Of a stretch of DNA of 64,000 nt, positions 54,641-63,321 are shown piece by piece (within the stretch, counting starts at the first letter, position 1; each line of letters starts with the position of its first letter). Origin of the DNA: Candidatus Aenigmatarchaeota archaeon (lineage in GTDB: Archaea; Aenigmatarchaeota; Aenigmatarchaeia; QMZP01; QMZT01). The stretch is from assembly GCA_041489155.1 (NCBI GenBank), contig JBGPQP010000001.1, positions 32,001 through 96,000 of the forward strand, given 5' to 3'. The position numbers were made by a program, and so were the translations under genes. The notes under the pieces were generated by a model. That model did not search any database. It was given only the letters and a program-made list of their open reading frames with translations, and was not told the DNA's origin.

Positions 54641-55606
54641 TTAGAATTCTTCCATGCCTTTGACTGTTATCTGTGTTGAAGCGTCCACTGAGTAGAGGTA
54701 GTTGAGATTCACCTTGAAGTTGCCCTGTGTTCTGCTAGACGGCGGCTGCATTATCTGGAATTCGCATGTGACGTCTGTTGTTCTTCCGTCCCATATGTAT
54801 ACGAAAGTCCCTGTAGGCTGCGGCAGAAGCGTTGGCACATCAGTGTACAACGGCGTTCCCCATTGCGTCTGTGTCGGGCAATAGCCACCGACTGGCGAAA
54901 CCCATGTCGGCCATTCGACCGATATCGCGACCGGGTAGTTTCTGCCCCTTATCTGCCCTCCGCCTGTGTTATCAATTCTTATTTGCAACTGGAATCTGGC
55001 ATCTGTGAGTTCTCTTGCCTTAACGAATGGACCTGCGTTAACCGTGACCGTCAAAGGACCTGCCGTCTGTGACACGACTTCGCTGGTCAGTGATTCACCG
55101 GACTGGACGAGTCTCCTAAGCTCCTCGCTAGTCACAAACCATACAGGTTTTATTGCCTTGGTTTCATACAGGTAGTAAACTCTCGCCCTCACTGGATAGA
55201 GTTTCCTCTCACCCCTCTGAAGGGTCGGAGCGGTTAGTTCCCATGTTACCTTTCCCAGACCGCCTTCCGTCTGTGACTCTACGTCTGGTGCAAGAAGTGA
55301 ACCAAGGTCCACGACTGTTGATGGTGTTACGATCCATTCTGTGGGATCTATAGCCATTATCTCCGCGACTGCGGGTGCTCCTGATCCCATAAGGCCGTTG
55401 TAGTCTCCTCTGTTCCTCACTTCAAGCTGTAGTCCTACTGGTTCCCCTGATTCTATGGCAGTGTCTAGTGTTGGCAGGAATTTTTCTATCACGAGGCCCT
55501 GTCCTATTGCTGTCTGGTTGCCTCCTCCTATGCAACCTGAAACTGGCAGTATAGCTAGCACGAATAACAGCGAAAGTAAATTCGTTTTTTTGAATGCGTC
55601 GGCCAT
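54641..55606 (-). CDS. Secreted lipoprotein-like protein, tandem paralogue 2
   Basis: Lipobox-like VSG|C; GLVIEKFLP, IDNTGGG, YLY. Confidence 0.75.
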   Translation of the reverse strand: MADAFKKTNLLSLLFVLAILPVSGCIGGGNQTAIGQGLVIEKFLPTLDTAIESGEPVGLQLEVRNRGDYNGLMGSGAPAVAEIMAIDPTEWIVTPSTVVDLGSLLAPDVESQTEGGLGKVTWELTAPTLQRGERKLYPVRARVYYLYETKAIKPVWFVTSEELRRLVQSGESLTSEVVSQTAGPLTVTVNAGPFVKARELTDARFQLQIRIDNTGGGQIRGRNYPVAISVEWPTWVSPVGGYCPTQTQWGTPLYTDVPTLLPQPTGTFVYIWDGRTTDVTCEFQIMQPPSSRTQGNFKVNLNYLYSVDASTQITVKGMEEF

Positions 55607-55640
55607 ATTTATTTTATACACAAATAAGCTTTTATATCTT

Positions 55641-56741
55641 TCACAGCTTTATTTTAGGCTCGACCGTTATCGACAACTCTTTTGTGAACTTATACCAGTA
55701 GCCGATTTCCGCGGTTATCTGGGAGGTGAGCTCCTGCTTTATTCTTGTTCTGTCTGCGGCTGTTATGGCACAGGAATATTTGGGCGTGGCTTTGCCTATG
55801 AAATTTATACTGATGATATCATTCCCGTTCGCCTTGCTTTTCAGGTGCGTTTCAATGCATCTGATTATTGCATTCTGGTTGCCGTTGGTGTCAATCGCGG
55901 TCACGAATTCACTGCTTATCTTAAGGCACAGCTTCTTCTGGCTTTGGTCCATGTTCTTGCAATCCGTTGTTGATATATCAACATTAGGTGTGGATGAGTC
56001 GGAAAGTTCTAATATGCCGCCGCCCTTGTTCTCTATCCAGAAGCTCATTATGCCTCCGCCCTGGTTTTTGACATCGCCTTCTGCATCAATTACCAGCGGC
56101 TGATTAAGCACTTCTATATATGGTTTGACCGGGCCTTCACCTATTGAAAGGATGCCTGTTTCTGAGAAGCTCTTGCCTTCGGAAATTATCCTTTCAAGCT
56201 CTGCCTTATTTACAAAGGTGACTGACGCGGTCGAAAATGTCCTGTATTTGTATTTGGCCATCACGCCCATTTTGCACGGGGTCTCTACGTTCAGGTTTTC
56301 CCTTGCTGTAAGTTTCCATTCGACAAGCGCCGTCGACTGCGGATGCATTTCTATTGTGCACTCTGACATGCCAGTTGCCGGGTTGTATCTTGGAGCGGTT
56401 GTGCCTGAGCAAAACTCACCGCTTACGCCTTCATTTTTTTCGTCCAAGCCAAAGAGGCCGCAATCGTTGTAAAGACCTATTGTGACTGTTGTTTTGTCGT
56501 ATTCTGGGCTTTGCAGGTTCTTTACTACCGCCCTCAGGCGCATTGTCTGGCCTGCCCGGACGGTTGATGAAGGTATCGCCTGCAGGCTTTCTATCGAGAT
56601 TACGTCATGTCGTTGTTCCTGTACACTAACGCCGCCAAAAATGTCCGGCAAAAACGGAATTTCTATGTCAAGCAAAGGAACCGTGCAGCCAGAGCTTAAC
56701 AACACCAGAAACAGCGCTGATAGGACTAGAATCCTTTTCAT
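55641..56741 (-). CDS. Secreted lipoprotein-like protein, tandem paralogue 1
   Basis: Lipobox-like SSG|C; YKYRT, ELERIISEGKS, IENKGGG, YWY. Confidence 0.75.
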   Translation of the reverse strand: MKRILVLSALFLVLLSSGCTVPLLDIEIPFLPDIFGGVSVQEQRHDVISIESLQAIPSSTVRAGQTMRLRAVVKNLQSPEYDKTTVTIGLYNDCGLFGLDEKNEGVSGEFCSGTTAPRYNPATGMSECTIEMHPQSTALVEWKLTARENLNVETPCKMGVMAKYKYRTFSTASVTFVNKAELERIISEGKSFSETGILSIGEGPVKPYIEVLNQPLVIDAEGDVKNQGGGIMSFWIENKGGGILELSDSSTPNVDISTTDCKNMDQSQKKLCLKISSEFVTAIDTNGNQNAIIRCIETHLKSKANGNDIISINFIGKATPKYSCAITAADRTRIKQELTSQITAEIGYWYKFTKELSITVEPKIKL

Positions 56742-56802
56742 GATAATATATTATTCGACACGTGAGCATTTATTTTTATTGACAGCTCAGAAAGTATAGA
56801 TT

Positions 56803-57294
56803 ATGAAAGGTCAGCTAATTTTCGAGTTCCTTATAGCCGGCTTCCTTTTTTTTGCAATTGTTCTCTATGCCATAAATTACATGAACGTGAACGTCACGGA
56901 TTTCAAGGGCAAATTTTACCAGAGCCGGCTACAGAGCAGGGCGGTTCAGATATCAGAGATTTTGATGGGTGGTACATCCTCAATGAGTCTTATGGACAAC
57001 TCGGAATTTAACATCACGAAAATCCAGAAATTTAATTCAACCTACTGTTCTTTCGAGAACTACAATAAACTGGTAAACGACCTGTATCTTTATGAAACGA
57101 CCGGTTTCGCTATCCTGCCTGATAATATCAGGATAGAACTCGCTTCAATACAGTCAGGCGTATTGCTTGCCTGCGGACCCAACTTCCCGAGGGGCGCACC
57201 TACAGGAAGTGCAAAAGCAGAGATAGGAAGGGTTGGTATGCTGCAAAACGGGTCTGCAAAAGAAACTATGAAATTGATGGTTGTTGTGTGGTAG
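56803..57294 (+). CDS. Class III signal peptide (GQ-type) pilin-like protein
   Basis: MKG|QLIFEFLIAGFLFFAIV with Glu at +5. Confidence 0.75.
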   Translation: MKGQLIFEFLIAGFLFFAIVLYAINYMNVNVTDFKGKFYQSRLQSRAVQISEILMGGTSSMSLMDNSEFNITKIQKFNSTYCSFENYNKLVNDLYLYETTGFAILPDNIRIELASIQSGVLLACGPNFPRGAPTGSAKAEIGRVGMLQNGSAKETMKLMVVVW

Positions 57295-57359
57295 GCGGAT
57301 TTCTCGTGGTTTCTGCTCGCACTCGGATGGAATATTAATTAATGCACCAATATATTTAC

Positions 57360-58001
57360 ATGAAAATAATTGTGGTTGGCGGCGGTAAACTGGGCGAAAC
57401 GCTTTCGAAAATTCTTGTCAAGGAAAGGCACGACGTTGTCCTGATAGAGAGTAACGAATCGCTGGCTGAAGAACTTGCCGACCGCCTTGATGCCCTTGTT
57501 TTGTACGGTGATGGTTCAGACAGGGATCTTCTTAAGGATGCGAACATTGAAAATGCCGATGCTGTTGTTGCCGCAACAGGCGACGACAAGGTTAATCTCG
57601 CAGTTTGCGAGGCAGCGAAGGAAGCGAAGGTTTCCAGCATAGTTTCAAGGATAAACCAGCAGGCCAGCGAGAAGGATTTCTCAAAACTCGGCATTGCCAA
57701 TGTGATTAACGCGACTGAGACTGCCGTGCTCGCGTTCAAGAAGATGGTCGAAAAGCCTGGCAAGCATCTGGTCACGTTCGTGGCGGGAGGCAAGGGCGAG
57801 ATATTCGAAGTTCATGCCCATAAGGATTCGAAACTTGCCGGCAAGAACGTCGCCGACATCGCGAGAGATTTCGCAATCGCCTGCATCTACCGTGAGGACA
57901 AGCTCATCATACCCAAGCCGGACACAAGAATCAGGGAAGGCGACATCCTGACCATCTGCGCACCAACCGAAGAAATCAGAAAGATTGAAGCTTTGCTTTA
58001 G
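57360..58001 (+). CDS. trkA: TrkA family potassium uptake regulatory subunit (RCK-N and RCK-C)
   Basis: MKIIVVGGGKLG, GDGS, AATGDDKVN, IIPKPDTRIREGD. Confidence 0.9.
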   Translation: MKIIVVGGGKLGETLSKILVKERHDVVLIESNESLAEELADRLDALVLYGDGSDRDLLKDANIENADAVVAATGDDKVNLAVCEAAKEAKVSSIVSRINQQASEKDFSKLGIANVINATETAVLAFKKMVEKPGKHLVTFVAGGKGEIFEVHAHKDSKLAGKNVADIARDFAIACIYREDKLIIPKPDTRIREGDILTICAPTEEIRKIEALL

Positions 58002-59323
58002 AATTTTCTTTTGATAAATTCTTTCAGAACCTGCTCGAGGTCCGGCTTGCCCCTTTCTTTCAGATAATAAGTTACGTGGACGGATGGCTTGTTTATCTTT
58101 ATTATCTTTGTAAGGTCGATCGGAGTCGCAACCACTACCAAATCGCATGGTATCCTGTTTATTGTCTCTTCTAGCTCGCTGATCTGGTGCTTGCTGTAGC
58201 CAAGCGCCGGCAGGACATCTGAAATCTGGGTGTATTTTTCGTATGCCTGTTTTATTGTTCCGACCGCGTATTGCTTCGGTTTGACTATCGCCTTAGCGCC
58301 GAACTTCTTCGCGGCGACCCAGCCAGCGCCATACGCCATCTCGCCGTGCGTCAGCGTCGGGCCGTCCTCTACGATGAGGACGTTCTTTCCTTTTATTTTG
58401 TCCGGATCTTCGACCGAAACTTCAGAATCGGCATGGATGACTTGCGCATGCGGATTCGCTGCCTTTACGTTTTCAAGGACTTTTTCAATTTTCTCTTTTG
58501 CTGCAGTATTTTCTTTGTTTATAATAACAACATCTGCCATTCGCAGATTAGTTTCGCCCGGATAGTATGCTAGCTCATGGCCTGCCCTGTGCGGGTCTGC
58601 GACAACTATATGCAAATCCGTTCTGAAAAATGGCGTGTCGTTGTTGCCTCCGTCCCAGAGGATGATATCCGCTTCCATCTCCGCGGCGCGCAGGATCTTT
58701 TCATAATCGACTCCCGCGAACACTATGAAGCCGTTTTTTATGTGCTGCTCGTATTCCTCGCGCTCCTCGATCGTGCATTTGTTTTTTTCCATGTCTGCAT
58801 AAGTCGCAAAGCGCTGGCAGACTTGCCTACGAAGATCACCATAAGGCATGGGATGGCGGATGACAACCACTTTATAACCCATATCTCTAAGAAGGAGGGA
58901 TATCTTGCGCGTGGTCTGCGATTTGCCGCTGCCTGTCCTTACCGCGCATACAGATATAACCGGCTTGCTGGATATTAGCATCGTCTTTTGCGTGCCTAGC
59001 AGGACGAAGTTTGCGCCGCACGCATTTGCTATGCTCGCTTTATGCATCACTTCAGCGAAAGCGAGGTCGGAATAAGAAAGCACAACTACGTCCGCTCTGT
59101 ATTTTTTTATGAGCCCGGGCAAGGCTTTTTCGTCAAAGATTGGTATGCCTCTGGGGTACAGGCTGCCTGCAAGTTCCCTTGGATAATGCCTGCCAGCGAT
59201 ATCCGGTATTTGCGCTGCTGTAAAGCAGACGACGTCGTAGTCCCTGTTGTTCCGGAAGAAAACGTTGAAATTGTGGAAATCGCGGCCTGCTGCCCCCATG
59301 ATTATGACTCTACCCCTCTTCAT
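57998..59323 (-). CDS. COG2403-type P-loop protein (cDPG-synthetase-like family); probable arginine synthetase ArcE
   Basis: RVIIMGAAGRDFHNFN, AVRTGSGKSQT, RHPMPYGDL, TIEEREEYE, WDGGNND, EDGPTLTHG, LPALGY. The function is inferred. Confidence 0.7.
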   Translation of the reverse strand: MKRGRVIIMGAAGRDFHNFNVFFRNNRDYDVVCFTAAQIPDIAGRHYPRELAGSLYPRGIPIFDEKALPGLIKKYRADVVVLSYSDLAFAEVMHKASIANACGANFVLLGTQKTMLISSKPVISVCAVRTGSGKSQTTRKISLLLRDMGYKVVVIRHPMPYGDLRRQVCQRFATYADMEKNKCTIEEREEYEQHIKNGFIVFAGVDYEKILRAAEMEADIILWDGGNNDTPFFRTDLHIVVADPHRAGHELAYYPGETNLRMADVVIINKENTAAKEKIEKVLENVKAANPHAQVIHADSEVSVEDPDKIKGKNVLIVEDGPTLTHGEMAYGAGWVAAKKFGAKAIVKPKQYAVGTIKQAYEKYTQISDVLPALGYSKHQISELEETINRIPCDLVVVATPIDLTKIIKINKPSVHVTYYLKERGKPDLEQVLKEFIKRKF

Positions 59324-60710
59324 CACATTTCTTCTTGTTTTTTTCCTGGCCGAACTCATACAGAACCCTCATAGATTTCGCTGCGTTTTGCGGGTACGAA
59401 AATGTGGGTATGCCTATGTCCTCCATTGTTTTTTTCAGTACCTCCGTATAATCACCGCCCGCAGATACGACAAAAATCGGTTTCTTGCTCGACTTGAAGG
59501 CGTTTATTATCGTGTCTACGATTTCCCCGCCGAGCCTTGGAACCTGAACCAGGACTATGAGACCTATTATGTCGACGTTTGGGTCTTCGAGCACGATTTC
59601 CAGAGCCTGCCTGTACCTCTCGGTGTCCGCGTCTCCCGTCAGGTCGATTGGGTTTTTTATGATAACATGGCCCGGCATTTTCTTTTTCAATTCCTCCACG
59701 TTCTCATCGGTCATTTTGGAAAGCCTGAGACCCTGCTGTATTATGTTGTCGGTAAGCAGGACGCCGAAGCCTCCTCCATCCGTTATTATCTGCACCCTAT
59801 TGCATCCGGGTTTGGGGAGGCATGACAGCGTGCGTGCATAATCGAAAAGCTCCTCCATGTCATCCGCTTGTATGACGCCCGCCTGTTTAAAAGCTGCTGA
59901 ATATATTTCGAACGAGCCGGCGAGCGAGCCCGTGTGCGACGAAACCGCTTTCGTGCCTGCCGAAGTTGTGCCGCCTTTGAGAACGATTATTGGCTTCCTG
60001 CCGGCAATTTTTCGCGTTATTTCGAAGAACTTCCTGCCCTCCTTCACACCCTCGAAGTACGCGCATATGACTTTCGTCTTCTTGTCATTGACGAGGTATT
60101 TTAATAAATCAGCTTCGTCCACGTCGACGGCGTTGCCATAGGAAATGAATTTCGACATTTTGTAGCCCTTTCTGGCCATCCAGTCTATCACAACCGAACC
60201 AACAGCACCGGACTGGGTTACGAAAGCTATATCGCCGGCCTTTGGTCTTCCGAGTTTGTAGCGCGGAAGGAATACTGTGTCGACTCCGCTATATGGATCG
60301 AAGACACCGAGGCAGTTTGGGCCTATAATCCTGATTTTGTATTTTTTTGCAATGCCTGACAATTTCTCCTCAAGTTCCGTGTTGCCTATCTCCTTGAAGC
60401 CGCCGCTTATGACGACTACGTGTTTTATTCCCTTCCTGCCACATTCCTCAAGCGCCTTCGGCACGAATTCCGCAGGGATCGATATGACTGCGAGGTCGAC
60501 CCTATCCTTTATGCGCATCACGCTTTCATAACATTTCATGCCGAGGATTTTTTTGGCGCTCGGGTTGACGGGAAAAACTTTGCCTTTGAAATCGCCTTCA
60601 ACCATGTTTCTGAAAACCACGTGCCCTATCTTGCTCTGATCCCTTGATGCCCCGATGACGGCGATGGTTTTCGGTTTGAAAAACGGTTCAAGTCCGTTTG
60701 TTTTGCTCAT
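59310..60710 (-). CDS. acdA: Acetate--CoA ligase (ADP-forming), alpha subunit
   Basis: AVIGAS, IIGPNCLG, TQSGA, SYGN, SHTGSLAG (phospho-His), NPIDLTGDA; no ATP-grasp beta part fused. Confidence 0.93.
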   Translation of the reverse strand: MSKTNGLEPFFKPKTIAVIGASRDQSKIGHVVFRNMVEGDFKGKVFPVNPSAKKILGMKCYESVMRIKDRVDLAVISIPAEFVPKALEECGRKGIKHVVVISGGFKEIGNTELEEKLSGIAKKYKIRIIGPNCLGVFDPYSGVDTVFLPRYKLGRPKAGDIAFVTQSGAVGSVVIDWMARKGYKMSKFISYGNAVDVDEADLLKYLVNDKKTKVICAYFEGVKEGRKFFEITRKIAGRKPIIVLKGGTTSAGTKAVSSHTGSLAGSFEIYSAAFKQAGVIQADDMEELFDYARTLSCLPKPGCNRVQIITDGGGFGVLLTDNIIQQGLRLSKMTDENVEELKKKMPGHVIIKNPIDLTGDADTERYRQALEIVLEDPNVDIIGLIVLVQVPRLGGEIVDTIINAFKSSKKPIFVVSAGGDYTEVLKKTMEDIGIPTFSYPQNAAKSMRVLYEFGQEKNKKKCDEEG

Positions 60711-60743
60711 AAAACATATTATTGACGCTGACAATATATTATT

Positions 60744-61925
60744 ATGCCAGTCCGGAGGATAATTTCAGAGAGGGAGGAAGAGCTTCCTGTTTCAACGATT
60801 GGCGAACTCATAAAAATCGCCGAGGAAAGCAAGGGCATAATATCGCTCGGCCCCGGCGAGCCTGACTTTGACACGCCCAAACATATAATCAGATTCGCAT
60901 GCAAAAAACTCAGGGAGGGATACACGCACTATTCTCCGCCTGCCGGCAGGGAGAAACTGCGCGAGGCTATAGCGAAAAAACTGAAGAAGGAAAACAGGAT
61001 TGACGTTTCGCCCGACCAGATTATAGTGACCGTTGGCTCGACCGAAGCGATACTGCTTTCGCTGATGTGCACCGTCGACCCAGGCGAGGGCGTTTTGGTG
61101 CCTGATCCGGGCTTCCTGGCGTACACGCCGACGGTCGAGGTTCTAAACGGCATGCCTTTGTGCATGCCCCTTTGCGAGGAGAACGGCTTCCAGTTTAATA
61201 TAGAGCAGGCTAAAAAGGCGATACTGCCCGAAAAAACCAACGTAATAATCGTGAATTCTCCTTCAAACCCAACTGGCGTTGTTTACAAAAAGAAAACGCT
61301 GGAGGAGATAGCAGATTTTGTGAATGAATATGATTTGCTGGCGATTTCTGACGAGGCATACGAGAAGCTGGTCTACGACGGCGAGAAACATATTTCACTC
61401 GCTTCATTGAACGGGATGGAGGAACGCGTTCTCACGCTGCACTCTTTTTCAAAAACGCATGCCATGCCTGGTTTCAGGCTTGGCTACGCGGCCGGGCCAG
61501 AAAAAATCATAAAGGCAATGAAAAAGATTCATATTTATTCAACCGTCTGCGCGCCAACGATCTCGCAGGAAGCTGCGCTGGCTGCGTTGTCGGGACCGCA
61601 AAAACACGTTGCCAAGATGATCAGAGAGTATGACAGACGCAGAAAGCTGATGTTTGAAAGGCTGAACGAAATCCCTGGTTTCAGCTGCGTTGAACCGAAA
61701 GGCGCCTTCTATGCCTTCCCGAATGTGAAGAGTTTTGGTATGTCTTCGTTGAAATTCTCGGCATGGCTGGTAAAAAACGCGAAGGTTGCTGTGGTTCCGG
61801 GTACTGAGTTCGGCAGATGCGGTGAGGGGTATGTGCGCTGCTCCTTCGCGACATCTTATGAAAAAATTAAGACTGCTTTGGAGCGTACGGAGAAGGCAAC
61901 CAAAAAGTTAAAAAGGAAGAAATAA
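60744..61925 (+). CDS. PLP-dependent aminotransferase class I/II (aspartate/aromatic type)
   Basis: LGPGEPDFDTP, NSPSNPTG, SDEAYE, SFSKTHAMPGFRLG. Confidence 0.94.
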   Translation: MPVRRIISEREEELPVSTIGELIKIAEESKGIISLGPGEPDFDTPKHIIRFACKKLREGYTHYSPPAGREKLREAIAKKLKKENRIDVSPDQIIVTVGSTEAILLSLMCTVDPGEGVLVPDPGFLAYTPTVEVLNGMPLCMPLCEENGFQFNIEQAKKAILPEKTNVIIVNSPSNPTGVVYKKKTLEEIADFVNEYDLLAISDEAYEKLVYDGEKHISLASLNGMEERVLTLHSFSKTHAMPGFRLGYAAGPEKIIKAMKKIHIYSTVCAPTISQEAALAALSGPQKHVAKMIREYDRRRKLMFERLNEIPGFSCVEPKGAFYAFPNVKSFGMSSLKFSAWLVKNAKVAVVPGTEFGRCGEGYVRCSFATSYEKIKTALERTEKATKKLKRKK

Positions 61926-61927
61926 GA

Positions 61928-62101
61928 CCCTATCACCTTTATTTCCACTGGAGTTTTGTTTTTTGTTTTAAAGCTAAACTTTACGTATACGTATACGTAT
62001 TATAACGATGTTATAAGTTTCCACAGGAAATTAAAATATAGTTCCACAGGAAATTGGGGTGTGCGAGGCAAAAACATTTAAACCCCCGTTTCATATGGAA
62101 A
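61928..62101. other. Probable chromosomal replication origin (oriC) with four ORB elements and an AT-rich unwinding element
   Basis: Minus-strand CTCCAGTGGAAATAAAGG (about 61936-61953); plus-strand TTTCCACAGGAAAT (62018-62031) and GTTCCACAGGAAATTGGGG (62041-62059); minus-strand TTTCCATATGAAACGGGGG (62083-62101); directly upstream of orc1/cdc6. Confidence 0.85.
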
Positions 62102-62103
62102 AC

Positions 62104-63312
62104 ATGGCCCAAGTTTCCCTCAATAATATTTTCCAAGATTATCTGGAAAAGAAGCCCATTTTCAAGAAAAAAGACATGCTAACAAGTCAGTTCACACCGG
62201 ACACCATACCACACAGGGATAAACAGATCAATCATATCGGTCTCATCCTGGCGCCGGTGCTCCGCGGCGAAAAACCATCCAACATATTCATTTACGGAAA
62301 GACAGGCACCGGCAAGTCTCTCTGCGTCCAGCACACGGTTTCAAGGCTGCTGGAAACGGCCAAAAAAAACGAGGGCGAAAACATCAAGGTAATCTACATT
62401 AACTGCAAGATGAGCAAGGTCTCCGATACCGAGTACAGGATGCTTTCGCAGCTTATACTAAATTTTGGCGTCAGTGTCCCTTTCACGGGCCTGCCGACAA
62501 ACCAACTTTACCAACAGTTTTTCAGCCTGCTTGACGCCAAAAAACAGAGCATCATCCTGGTCCTTGACGAGATAGATGCGCTGATTAACAAAATAGGAGA
62601 CGGCGTGCTTTACAACCTCACAAGGGTCAATCAGGACCTGAAGAACGCAAAACTCACGCTTGTCGGCATATCCAACAACATATCCTTCATAAACGATCTT
62701 GACCCGCGGGTCAAATCCTCGCTGTCGGAAGAGGAAATAGTTTTTCCGCCCTACAACGCAAACGAGCTTAAGGACATACTAACCGAAAGGGTAGGTTCCG
62801 CCTTCAATGAGGGAACGATTACTCCATCCGTTATAGCGAAGTGCGCGGCCCTGGCAGCGCAGGAGCACGGCGACGCAAGGAAGGCGCTCGATCTGCTGAG
62901 GGTTGCCGGAGAGACAGCAGAGAGAATGAGCAACAACATGGTGGCCGAAGAGCACGTTGACCAGGCAGAAAGGAGGCTGGACATGGACAAGACGACAGAA
63001 ATAATAAAAAACCAGCCAAAACAATCCCAATGCGTCCTTATTGCGATACTAAAACTCGCGAAGAACGGCAACAGCGGCATACAGACAGGCGACATATACG
63101 ACGTGTACGTAGACGTCTGCAGGAATAACAATCTCAAGCCGCTGACCCAGAGAAGGGTGTCAGACCTAATATCCGAACTCGACATGTTCGGGATAGTGAA
63201 CGCCAAGGTGATATCCAAAGGAAGATACGGAAGGACAAGGGAAATAAAGACGGACCTTTCGAAAGAAACCACGGAAAAGATAGAAAAGATGTTCAGCGGC
63301 GAGTTTATTTGA
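62104..63312 (+). CDS. cdc6: Orc1/Cdc6 replication initiator
   Basis: PHRDKQI, YGKTGTGKS, VLDEID, LDPRVKSSL, FPPYNA, HGDARKALDLLR, wHTH SKGRYGRTR. Start 62095 or 62104. Confidence 0.97.
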   Translation: MAQVSLNNIFQDYLEKKPIFKKKDMLTSQFTPDTIPHRDKQINHIGLILAPVLRGEKPSNIFIYGKTGTGKSLCVQHTVSRLLETAKKNEGENIKVIYINCKMSKVSDTEYRMLSQLILNFGVSVPFTGLPTNQLYQQFFSLLDAKKQSIILVLDEIDALINKIGDGVLYNLTRVNQDLKNAKLTLVGISNNISFINDLDPRVKSSLSEEEIVFPPYNANELKDILTERVGSAFNEGTITPSVIAKCAALAAQEHGDARKALDLLRVAGETAERMSNNMVAEEHVDQAERRLDMDKTTEIIKNQPKQSQCVLIAILKLAKNGNSGIQTGDIYDVYVDVCRNNNLKPLTQRRVSDLISELDMFGIVNAKVISKGRYGRTREIKTDLSKETTEKIEKMFSGEFI

Positions 63313-63321
63313 ATTAAGGTT

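Noticed and set aside
50700..57300. Integrated element at tRNA-Ile
   Set aside because: No integrase and no duplicated tRNA 3' end were seen; the genes look cellular.
62059..62103. GTG start for cdc6 at 62059
   Set aside because: It lies within the ORB/promoter region; ATG at 62095 or 62104 fits the family N-terminus better.
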